A DNA stretch of 64,000 bases from an uncultured Muribaculaceae bacterium. Lineage in GTDB: Bacteria; Bacteroidota; Bacteroidia; Bacteroidales; Muribaculaceae. The stretch is taken from contig CAJUCW010000016.1 in the NCBI GenBank assembly GCA_910585275.1, positions 22,493 through 86,492 of the forward strand, given 5' to 3'. The position numbers were made by a program, and so were the translations under genes. Of this stretch, positions 39,496 through 47,767 are shown one piece after another (the stretch's first letter is position 1; each line of letters opens with the position of its first letter). Under the pieces are notes generated by a model. That model was given only the letters and a program-made list of their open reading frames with translations. It was not told where the DNA came from and did not search any database.

Positions 39496-41412
39496 TTATT
39501 TTTGAGGGAAGAGAATATCGTCATATTCGATATCCCAGTCGGAGAATTTGAAAGCCCAACGCTCTTCCATGAATTCAAGCATTTTGCGTCCCCGTTCACG
39601 GATTGCATCAGGAGTCCATTCATCTTTTTCTGACACCTCGATTTCGCTATAAGAACCGTTGAAATACCCCATGCTGTTTCCGGCGTTATCATATCTCCGC
39701 TTTTTCTCATCAAAAGGGAAGTTCTGCAACTTAGAGTTTTTCGAACGACTGAGAAGCAACAGATTACCCAAGGAATTGAGGTATAACTGTCTTTCTTTTG
39801 GCGTTAAATCATGAAACCGGTCTTTCCAATATTTATCCGTCGGAGTCTGCGGGTAAATATGTTCGATTGTATCCTCTTTATTGCGTTTGTTGAAAACATC
39901 CCAGGTTATTTTTGCGTCAAGATCACTTTGCAAATCCTCTTCATACTCATAGAGGAAGTATCGAAGTCCATTCCAAGAATAGAACCCTTCCTGGTTGTTT
40001 TTGTAGAAAAGGTCATGCACATACTCTTTGAATTTAACCGGGTCAAACCATCCTTGTTCTGTTTCATCTCCGTAGGTGCGGAATAGGATATGTGAGATTA
40101 GATCTTGTGTGCCGAATTCTTCACGATAGTATGCGCTTGCCAAACGATAGAATTCATTGCTATTGGTGTTTGACTGACGATGGGTTACTATGAACACGAG
40201 GAATACGAAAGATTCGCATTCCTGTAAAAATTCCGATATCAGGTCTTGATCTTTTTCTTTGCAAAAAACAGCCATTATCAATGGGGAGAATGCTCCTAAT
40301 CCAACACGGTTAAGTCTGTTTACCCATTCCTTTATATCATCCGAATAATCGGAATATTGGATATTGAAGATATAGAACCATTGTTTCACACTCGTTGCAA
40401 GGCTTGACAGATAATTCTGAATATCTACAATTTCGATAGTGCCGTCTATTATATTCTTGGCAGTGAACGTTTCGTTTAGAAGGAATCGGGAAAACGCCTC
40501 TGCATGGTTTTTGTCATATCTGAAATACATAATCCAATGGTTTGCGAGGAATTTATCATCATCCAGAGGATTATTCTTATTCTTCCCAAGATATTCATAA
40601 ATCGTTTTCCAGGTCTCGTTGATATCCTTTCTCAAACGGTTTTTAATTCCTTCATCCTCTTTAAGGAGAGTGGAGAGATAAATGAGTCGATTTTTAAGCA
40701 ATTCGAGTTTTGAGAGATGTTTTCCACGATTGTTCATGGTTTCGAAGGTGACATGAATATCGAGGTTCTCGTCTATTTCGTAGTAATTGAATTTGAATCG
40801 ATTCACTATTTTATCGAAGATGCTTTCTCGTTGACCATGGTCAAGATGTTTGAGCTTTTTTGCGAAAAATTGTTTGGCGTTCAGTAGATTGGCAGTATAT
40901 AAGGTCTCGGGATATTTGTCGGCTGAAGATGATTCCTGTCCCAGAATCCTTGTTTTGAAGAATTCATCGCTTGGATTGTCTTTCTCGTATCCGAATGCGA
41001 AAGACTTATAATACCCGTCGAGCGAACGGAAAAGAAAATGGTTTTCCCAATTTTCTTTTTTACAGAACACTATGTCGTAAGAGTTATTGAAAGTCTGTAA
41101 AAGTTCGTTCACAAGTATTATCATCGTGGTCAGTCGTTGCTGTCCGTCGATTACGTAGTTCGCTCTTCCCCCTTTGTCGAAAAGCCAAAGGTCTTCCTCC
41201 CAACGTTCCTTGTTGGCGACAGATTCTCGTGAAATTGGATCTACTGTTAATTGACCTATATAGTGGGATTTGCCTATACTGAGATTTTGAATATCTTCCC
41301 AGAATTCATCTAATTGTTGTTTGCCCCAGGAATAACCGCGTTGGAAATCCGGGATTCGGAATATCCTGTTGTCGAATATCTCGAATAAGGACAAGAGAGT
41401 TTTATTGGCCAT
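39496..41412 (-). CDS. DUF262-DUF1524 protein (GmrSD/SspE-like modification-dependent nuclease)
   Basis: IPDFQRGYSW, VIDGQQRLTT and FETMNNRGK (DUF262); IEHIYPQ...LGNLLLL..SKNS (HNH, DUF1524). Confidence 0.9.
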   Translation of the reverse strand: MANKTLLSLFEIFDNRIFRIPDFQRGYSWGKQQLDEFWEDIQNLSIGKSHYIGQLTVDPISRESVANKERWEEDLWLFDKGGRANYVIDGQQRLTTMIILVNELLQTFNNSYDIVFCKKENWENHFLFRSLDGYYKSFAFGYEKDNPSDEFFKTRILGQESSSADKYPETLYTANLLNAKQFFAKKLKHLDHGQRESIFDKIVNRFKFNYYEIDENLDIHVTFETMNNRGKHLSKLELLKNRLIYLSTLLKEDEGIKNRLRKDINETWKTIYEYLGKNKNNPLDDDKFLANHWIMYFRYDKNHAEAFSRFLLNETFTAKNIIDGTIEIVDIQNYLSSLATSVKQWFYIFNIQYSDYSDDIKEWVNRLNRVGLGAFSPLIMAVFCKEKDQDLISEFLQECESFVFLVFIVTHRQSNTNSNEFYRLASAYYREEFGTQDLISHILFRTYGDETEQGWFDPVKFKEYVHDLFYKNNQEGFYSWNGLRYFLYEYEEDLQSDLDAKITWDVFNKRNKEDTIEHIYPQTPTDKYWKDRFHDLTPKERQLYLNSLGNLLLLSRSKNSKLQNFPFDEKKRRYDNAGNSMGYFNGSYSEIEVSEKDEWTPDAIRERGRKMLEFMEERWAFKFSDWDIEYDDILFPQK

Positions 41413-41461
41413 GATAAGTGTTTGAATAGTAAATGGAATCGTTCTAAAGAAAAGAATTTAT

Positions 41462-41536
41462 GTAGGGGACATGCCTCCGGCATGTAATAATTGGAAATCA
41501 GATTGTTAATTAAACATGCCGGAGGCATGTCCCTAC
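41462..41536. repeat. Inverted pair of GTAG REPs (REPIN-like)
   Basis: GTAGGGGACATGCCTCCGGCATGT, a ~26-nt spacer, then AAACATGCCGGAGGCATGTCCCTAC. Confidence 0.8.
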
Positions 41537-41606
41537 ACTTTTATCGGTTTAATGAAACATAATTATCGGGAATGATAATTATGTTATTCTTATGATGTGA
41601 AAATAA

Positions 41607-42137
41607 TCATTTAGCGAGAGAATCGAGGTAGGCGATTATTTTTTCGTCTAATTCGGGGTAGGTGCCTTTGTAGAAACGTTGCATGCGGAACATGCTCGGA
41701 TTGTGGTCTTTCGTTTTTATTGTGAATTTTTCTGCTCCGGGAATGTCATCCACCTTCACAAGGTCGTCGGATTCGATAGAATACACGGCAAATTCGGCTC
41801 CATGCACTTTACTTTGCACAATCCGGTTGAGTTCGCGGCCGTCTTGTAACTGCCGATATACTGTCGCATCTTCAATATATGATGAGATTTCGCGGTCTGA
41901 ACTGCCGTTTGCTTTGCGCACATAAATCACTGTCACGCCAGACACCATCGTGTCTTTCGTTTTGGCACCGAGCTTGCGGATGTCGAGGTTTCCGAGGGGA
42001 GGGCAATAACCGTAAAACTTACCGGTCTTGGGATTTCTGATTTCATTATACTTTTCGTGTCCCTCGCTGTCCTGAAGATAGGATCCGGAACCAAGGTCGA
42101 TGACGACGAATGGCTTGTCGAATTTACTCTTTTCCAT
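41607..42137 (-). CDS. Hypothetical protein, first gene of the defence island
   Basis: About 176 aa from MEKSKFD; GHEKYNE...YGYCP...LGA...VTVIYV; no nuclease motif seen. Confidence 0.7.
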   Translation of the reverse strand: MEKSKFDKPFVVIDLGSGSYLQDSEGHEKYNEIRNPKTGKFYGYCPPLGNLDIRKLGAKTKDTMVSGVTVIYVRKANGSSDREISSYIEDATVYRQLQDGRELNRIVQSKVHGAEFAVYSIESDDLVKVDDIPGAEKFTIKTKDHNPSMFRMQRFYKGTYPELDEKIIAYLDSLAK

Positions 42138-42230
42138 AAGGTAAAAGAATTTTAAGATATCGTACAAGAATGGTTATGATTCTTGCAATCTCCGGATCCC
42201 TTGGGATTTTGATGTCGTGGTTATAAAATA

Positions 42231-42532
42231 AAAAGCGCAGGATCCGTACTTGTTACTCGTCCTGCAAACCTTAGGCATCTGGCATAGCCGTCACATCGTA
42301 GAACGAGTAACGCAGAGCCTACGCCGTATGATACAATACCTTTAAAAGGATATGCCGAAGCATACCTTTTCAAGGCATCGATAAATCATACCCGAGACAT
42401 CTACCGTTACTTCATCCTTGACGATGGTTTGAAACTGCCAGATTTCAAGGTTTGCCAAGAATCAAGCGAAAGTAAACGCTTCTAAAAAATGTCTCCAACC
42501 CACCCAGCCGACGCTTCCACGTCAACGGCGCA
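42231..42532 (-). ncRNA. Candidate structured leader / cis-regulatory RNA
   Basis: Long interrupted hairpin capped by cUUCGg on the minus strand, an alternative terminator-like stem with U-tract, and an upstream TATCTTTG promoter element at ~42542-42549. Confidence 0.65.
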
Positions 42533-42730
42533 GGTTTGTTGCAAAGATAAATACAAAAATTTAAAACCGCAAATTATAATTCAATAACCTTAATATGTCA
42601 ATCTCGAATAACCTATGAGACGTTATTATGATGATTTACCGTTTTTTTAAAGAGAAAATGTTGTAGAATAAAATTAAATATTCTATTTTTGTCGAAATAA
42701 TAATGAATAAATGCTTATAAATATGCCTAA

Positions 42731-42892
42731 AGATCATCCTCTCAGACTGAGTCATATTGCAATACAAAAGACTTTTTGGATAAATTTGCGGGTGCATGGG
42801 AAGGACCGGAATCTGCAGAAGAAATAATTACCAACATTCGTTTGTCTCGTCAATCAAGAAATGAACTATTTTTAAATATTAAACGTCAATGA
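42731..42892 (+). pseudogene. Remnant of a small antitoxin-like gene
   Basis: Start-less frame encodes KDFLDKFAGAWEGPESAEEIITNIRLSR. Confidence 0.45.
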
Positions 42893-42893
42893 G

Positions 42894-43571
42894 ATGAAAA
42901 GCGGAATTATGAAACGTATTGCCGTCGTTGTGATGGCTATGGCGGTGTCGCTGGGTGTGATGGCTGCCGATAATGCATTTGAAGGTAAAACCATCGTCAT
43001 GCTTGGCGACAGCTATGTGAAAAACCATCGCCGCCCTTACGAAGAGAGCTGGCATGCAAAGGTGGCTTCAAAACTCGGTATGGAATATGTGAATTTCGGA
43101 CGCAACGGCAGCAGCATTGCGTTCGACCGCACTAAAGACGGCTTCGGTCCGGCCATGACCGTGCGTTACAAGGAGATGCCCGATTCCGCCGATTATGTTG
43201 TAGTGATTGCCGGACATAACGATGCCGACTACCTCCGCACACATGGCATCGAACTATGGAACGATTTCTGCAACGGACTCGACACCCTCCTTGCCGGATT
43301 AAAGGAGAAATATCCCGATGCGAAAATAGGCTTTGTAACCCCATGGGCTGTTGACCGCCAATACTTTCCGGAAGTCACGCAACAGATTCGTGAAGCCTGC
43401 AAGGCACATGGCATAAAAGTGCTCGACATGGCAGCCATGAATGTGATAGACGTCAACAATCCGGAGTTCAGAGAGCGTTATTTCCAAGGTCCGAAAGACA
43501 CGGCCCATCTGAATTCGGAGGGTCATGACCTTCTCCTTTCCATCGGCGAGGAATTTATCCGCGGACTATGA
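42894..43571 (+). CDS. SGNH/GDSL hydrolase family protein
   Basis: LGDSY, GRNG, GHND and DTAHLN motifs; signal peptide. Confidence 0.9.
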   Translation: MKSGIMKRIAVVVMAMAVSLGVMAADNAFEGKTIVMLGDSYVKNHRRPYEESWHAKVASKLGMEYVNFGRNGSSIAFDRTKDGFGPAMTVRYKEMPDSADYVVVIAGHNDADYLRTHGIELWNDFCNGLDTLLAGLKEKYPDAKIGFVTPWAVDRQYFPEVTQQIREACKAHGIKVLDMAAMNVIDVNNPEFRERYFQGPKDTAHLNSEGHDLLLSIGEEFIRGL

Positions 43572-43581
43572 TAAAAGTCGA

Positions 43582-43683
43582 AAAGTTTAAGGTTTAAAAG
43601 TTTAAAGTTTAGAGAAGTGCTTATTTATTTGTCAGAAAGATGATACTATTATCTAAACCTTAAACCTTAAACTTTAAACCTAA
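43582..43683. repeat. Palindromic heptamer-arm element (same family as 140..297, opposite orientation)
   Basis: GTTTAGAGAAGTG...ACTATTATCTAAAC core with GTTTAA/TTAAAC arms. Confidence 0.75.
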
Positions 43684-43708
43684 CAATCTTAAGTATTAGA
43701 GTTTAAAC

Positions 43709-43753
43709 TACAATAATGGTCAGGATTCTAAAAAAGTCCTGACCATTGTTGTA
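43709..43753. terminator. Hairpin between convergent genes
   Basis: TACAATAATGGTCAGGA...TCCTGACCATTGTTGTA. Confidence 0.6.
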
Positions 43754-43830
43754 ACCTCTAAATTAAACAATCACTATTTTACAACAAACGTATTATTACC
43801 CTTTTGACGATTAAAGAATTGCAATGCTTA

Positions 43831-44916
43831 TTAAGGTATGCGCAATTGAACGTCGCCGGCATTCTCAGTCTCCGTTTTCTTACGTTTTTTTGTGGCCTTG
43901 GCCTTATTTTTTTCGGCTTTTATTCTGTTCTTTTCAGCTTTCAAACGGTTTTTCTCTGCCTTGGCTCTGTTTCTTTCCGCGACAGCCTTGTTCCTCTCTG
44001 CAATAGCCTTGTTCCTCTCCGCGGCGGCGATAGTCTTGTCTGTGCCTATGCAGGTAGTAGAGGTGCCGGACATCGACACTTTCCCCCCCGACGAAGAGTC
44101 TTTCCGAAGACTGCGGCAGTTGCCGTAGAGTTTTACGGATGCTCCGCTTGACGCTTCGGCATAAACGGTGTTGCAGTCATACATCTGAATGCTCGCTTTT
44201 GCGGCGCTCGATGCCTCGATGTCGAGGTCGGATTTTACGAGTTTGTCGATTGATACATTGGATGCGCTGGAAATATCGATATCGGCTTTCTCACACATTG
44301 CGGTGCCTATATTCACGGCCGAGGCGCTTGAGCAGTCAATGTCAAGGTTGGCCTTGGTGGCAGCGATATCGACTTTGGCGGAGCTTGAAAGGTCTATTTT
44401 TATTTTCGGACATTTCACTTCCTTGAAATCCACTTTTGCAGCCGAGGAGAGGTCAATGCCGATGCCGTCGCGTTGGTCAATGTCGGTGACAACATTGACG
44501 TATGCGGCCGATGAAAGGTCAATCTCTGTGAGTTTCTTACTTGACACAGTAATTATGGAAGGGCCGTTGATTCTGTCGAATTTCCCTTCATAACGGGCAT
44601 ACAGGCATCCGTCTTTTACATACACTTTCAGATAATCTACTGCCGACGGCGTAGTGGCGACTTGTGCATGTCCTGAATTTTTCCCTTGTGAATATACAAT
44701 CTGGATTCCCTGTGAGGCGTCTATTTTGGAGAAATCTCCGATTTTAACGCTTTTCTTTACATTGGCATCGGATCTCTTTCCATTATGGACGGAACCGGAG
44801 TTGCCGAATGTAGTGCCGTTGCCTATTGAGCAGCTGAAGAGCAGCATACACATGGTGGCGGCGATGCTGAAGAATGAAGTTTTTTTCATTATGGTTGATA
44901 GGTTGTTGGTTTTCAT
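43831..44916 (-). CDS. DUF2807/GIN-domain (putative adhesin head) lipoprotein with heptad-repeat tail
   Basis: LLFSC lipobox, DFSKIDASQGIQIVYSQG, repeated DLSSAA beta-helix units, (AExNxxx)n tail; ATGA overlap with the upstream gene. Confidence 0.8.
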   Translation of the reverse strand: MKTNNLSTIMKKTSFFSIAATMCMLLFSCSIGNGTTFGNSGSVHNGKRSDANVKKSVKIGDFSKIDASQGIQIVYSQGKNSGHAQVATTPSAVDYLKVYVKDGCLYARYEGKFDRINGPSIITVSSKKLTEIDLSSAAYVNVVTDIDQRDGIGIDLSSAAKVDFKEVKCPKIKIDLSSSAKVDIAATKANLDIDCSSASAVNIGTAMCEKADIDISSASNVSIDKLVKSDLDIEASSAAKASIQMYDCNTVYAEASSGASVKLYGNCRSLRKDSSSGGKVSMSGTSTTCIGTDKTIAAAERNKAIAERNKAVAERNRAKAEKNRLKAEKNRIKAEKNKAKATKKRKKTETENAGDVQLRIP

Positions 44917-45734
44917 AGCTTTCTGACTCCGGATGAAGAAGTCGCCGAGGCGGAGCCCCTTACCGGCATGGTTTCCAGAATCAGGCCGCGGGTTTTGATT
45001 TCGCCGCGTGTGGAAGCGTTCACCTTTGAACTGTTGCAGCGTCCGGAAAGGGTGACATCGGCGGCCGTGGCGGCGTTTGCGTTGATGCTCCCCGCACAAA
45101 GTCCGCGGAGTTTGACGTCGGCGGCCGTGCTGGCGTTGACCTTTATATTGTCAGCTTCGGCTACGAGAAAAAACACCTGTGAGGCCGTGGCGGCATTTAT
45201 TGTAATCCCATTGGCCGCCACTTCTCCGAAACTTATGGAAGAAGCCGTGGCGGCATCCACCTGTAGATTGCCCGCAACGTTAAGCTGTCCGTTTACAGTC
45301 ACGGAAGAGGCCGTGGAGGTTTTCACGCTGTTGAGCACGGGCGAGGAAACACGGATTACGGTTTTTTCCATCACTCCCTTTATGTCGCCTACATATTTGG
45401 CTACCAGAATGCCGTCATCTACGTATAGTTTGAGTTTGGTTATCGCCGTTTCCGAGGCGTTGACTTTGGCCGTCCCCGCGTTCTCTCCTTGCGAGAACAT
45501 GACTTCTATGGCGGAACATACGTCTATTCCGGAGAAATCCCCGATAGGGATATCAATAGATGTGGTTGGTCGTTTGGCAGCCGCATTTCTGACATCCGGC
45601 TTCTTCGTGGCCGCCACTATGGTCGAGTTGTTGCCCGCGATGGCGCTCATGACGAACGCCCCGAATGCGGTGAACAGCACGACCACGGCGGCTGCCAGCA
45701 GGGATTGGGTATGAATAAAACTGTTTTTTATCAT
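44913..45734 (-). CDS. DUF2807/GIN-domain protein
   Basis: GDFSGIDVCSAIEVMFSQG and repeated ATAS/AATAA beta-helix units. Confidence 0.8.
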   Translation of the reverse strand: MIKNSFIHTQSLLAAAVVVLFTAFGAFVMSAIAGNNSTIVAATKKPDVRNAAAKRPTTSIDIPIGDFSGIDVCSAIEVMFSQGENAGTAKVNASETAITKLKLYVDDGILVAKYVGDIKGVMEKTVIRVSSPVLNSVKTSTASSVTVNGQLNVAGNLQVDAATASSISFGEVAANGITINAATASQVFFLVAEADNIKVNASTAADVKLRGLCAGSINANAATAADVTLSGRCNSSKVNASTRGEIKTRGLILETMPVRGSASATSSSGVRKL

Positions 45735-45947
45735 GACGTTGAGGAAGGTTAATTTTTTGCCCCCTTCTGTCTTATCGACGCACACGCCGTGAAAATGTTA
45801 CAGTCATGGCAAAAAAAATTCCGGACAAGCCGGAATTTCTTTAATTCATAATGCACAATGCATAATTCATAATCGAGTCGTCAGTTATTTTAGGGGCCGG
45901 ACGAGTCTGACTCGTCCGACAGGTCTGACTGGTCCGACAAACAACCG

Positions 45948-47051
45948 TCAAACATTAAACCTGAAATGCATGATGTCGCCGTCGTTGACCACATACTCTT
46001 TCCCTTCCACCGACATCTTGCCCGCCTCTTTAACGGCGTTTTCAGAACCTAAGGAAACGAAGTCGTCATATTTGATTACCTCGGCGCGGATAAACCCTTT
46101 TTCGAAATCCGTGTGGATTATTCCGGCAGCCTGAGGGGCCTTCGTGCCGCGCAGGAATGTCCATGCCCTCACTTCGTCGGGGCCGGCCGTGAAATACGTC
46201 TGGAGGTCAAGCAGCGAATAGGCGGCGCGTATCAGACGGCTCACGCCGCTCTCCGTCAGTCCGATTTCCTCGAGAAATTCGGCACGCTCCTCGGCGGTTT
46301 CCAGTTCGGCGATGTCGCTTTCGGTGGCGGCCGCCACGATCATTATTCCGGCATCGTCGTTTTTAAGGGCTTCTCTCACTTGTTCCACATATTTGTTGCC
46401 CGTCACGGCGGAAGCGTCGTCAACGTTGCAGACGTAGAGCACCGGCTTGTTGGTAAGCAGGAAAAGGTCGCGGGCGAATTTCTGTTCGTCTTTGGTCTCA
46501 AACTTCACGCTGCGTGCCGGTTTCCCCTCTTCGAGGGAAGCCTTGTATGCCTGGAGCACGTCGGCCTGCAGGCGTGCCGTCTTGTCGCCACCCGTCTGGG
46601 CCGCCTTCAGGGTTTTGGCAAGGCGGGAGTCAACGGTTTCAAGATCTTTGAGTTGGAGCTCATAGTTGATGATTTCCATATCCCTCACAGGGTCAACGGA
46701 GCCGTCAACGTGGGTGATGTTGTCGTCGTCGAAGCAGCGGAGCACGTGCAGGATGGCATCGGTTTCGCGGATGTTGGCAAGGAACTTGTTGCCGAGCCCC
46801 TCCCCTTTTGAGGCACCTTTCACAAGACCCGCTATATCTACGATTTCCACGGTGGCCGGCACCACGCTGCGAGGCTGGCACATCTCCACGAGTTTGTTAA
46901 GGCGTTCGTCGGGCACCGTTATCATACCCACGTTAGGTTCTATGGTGCAGAACGGGAAATTGGCCGACTGGGCCTTCGCGTTGCTGAGACAGTTGAAAAG
47001 GGTGGACTTGCCTACGTTCGGCAGACCCACTATGCCGCATTTTAATGACAT
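45948..47051 (-). CDS. ychF: Redox-regulated ATPase YchF
   Basis: [28 protein letters not shown] and TKAPQAAGIIHTDFE motifs. Confidence 0.96.
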   Translation of the reverse strand: MSLKCGIVGLPNVGKSTLFNCLSNAKAQSANFPFCTIEPNVGMITVPDERLNKLVEMCQPRSVVPATVEIVDIAGLVKGASKGEGLGNKFLANIRETDAILHVLRCFDDDNITHVDGSVDPVRDMEIINYELQLKDLETVDSRLAKTLKAAQTGGDKTARLQADVLQAYKASLEEGKPARSVKFETKDEQKFARDLFLLTNKPVLYVCNVDDASAVTGNKYVEQVREALKNDDAGIMIVAAATESDIAELETAEERAEFLEEIGLTESGVSRLIRAAYSLLDLQTYFTAGPDEVRAWTFLRGTKAPQAAGIIHTDFEKGFIRAEVIKYDDFVSLGSENAVKEAGKMSVEGKEYVVNDGDIMHFRFNV

Positions 47052-47454
47052 GATAATCTGATATTATAGAAATTTGTGCAAAGTTAATAAAAATAATGCA
47101 GATTCGTGTCTTCCGATGCCGTATTGCGGTTTACGGCTTTAAAAGCGATAATTCTGTTTTGGGACTGTCTCGTTTTTGAAGAAGTGTGAAAAAAAATATC
47201 ACACTGTCTTCTTGCCTGAAAGAACGGAATATTATAAATTTGTGACGCAAAATGGGGAATATTGTTGTCGGTTATTCCGCCCCCATGGTGTGATTACATC
47301 ATCTCGGCAATTCGGTGTGGTTTCACTGAAAATGATGGATCGGCTCTTCACACCTTAAAATCATATATACCTTACATCCCGATTGTAAGACTTTAGAAGG
47401 CGGTGTAGGCATGCCAGGTTTTTGTCATGTCTGGATTGCGCAGAATCGGTATAT

Positions 47455-47733
47455 ATGGAAAAGTACGTTGACGGCTTTATGCAGCCGGACTTGAAGAACG
47501 CATTGCACATCGGGAAAATGATTGAGGCGGAATTGCGCCGCCAGGAGCGGACTGTGACTTGGTTCAGCCGCCAGTTGCACTGCGACCGCCGTAATGTTTA
47601 CGACATTTTCAATCGGAACAGCATCGACACCGGCCTTTTGTTGAGGGTGTCGATGATTCTGCGCACCAATTTTTTCAAAGCAATCTCCGATGTGTTTGAT
47701 TCCTCCATTAACGTAATTGAAAGACAATATTGA
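47455..47733 (+). CDS. Small XRE-like HTH protein (start uncertain)
   Basis: HIGKMIEAELRRQERTVTWFSRQLHCDRRNVYDIFNRNSIDT pattern typical of Bacteroidales HTH proteins. Confidence 0.75.
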   Translation: MEKYVDGFMQPDLKNALHIGKMIEAELRRQERTVTWFSRQLHCDRRNVYDIFNRNSIDTGLLLRVSMILRTNFFKAISDVFDSSINVIERQY

Positions 47734-47767
47734 AAATTAATTATACTACTTAAATCATATCCTGCTT

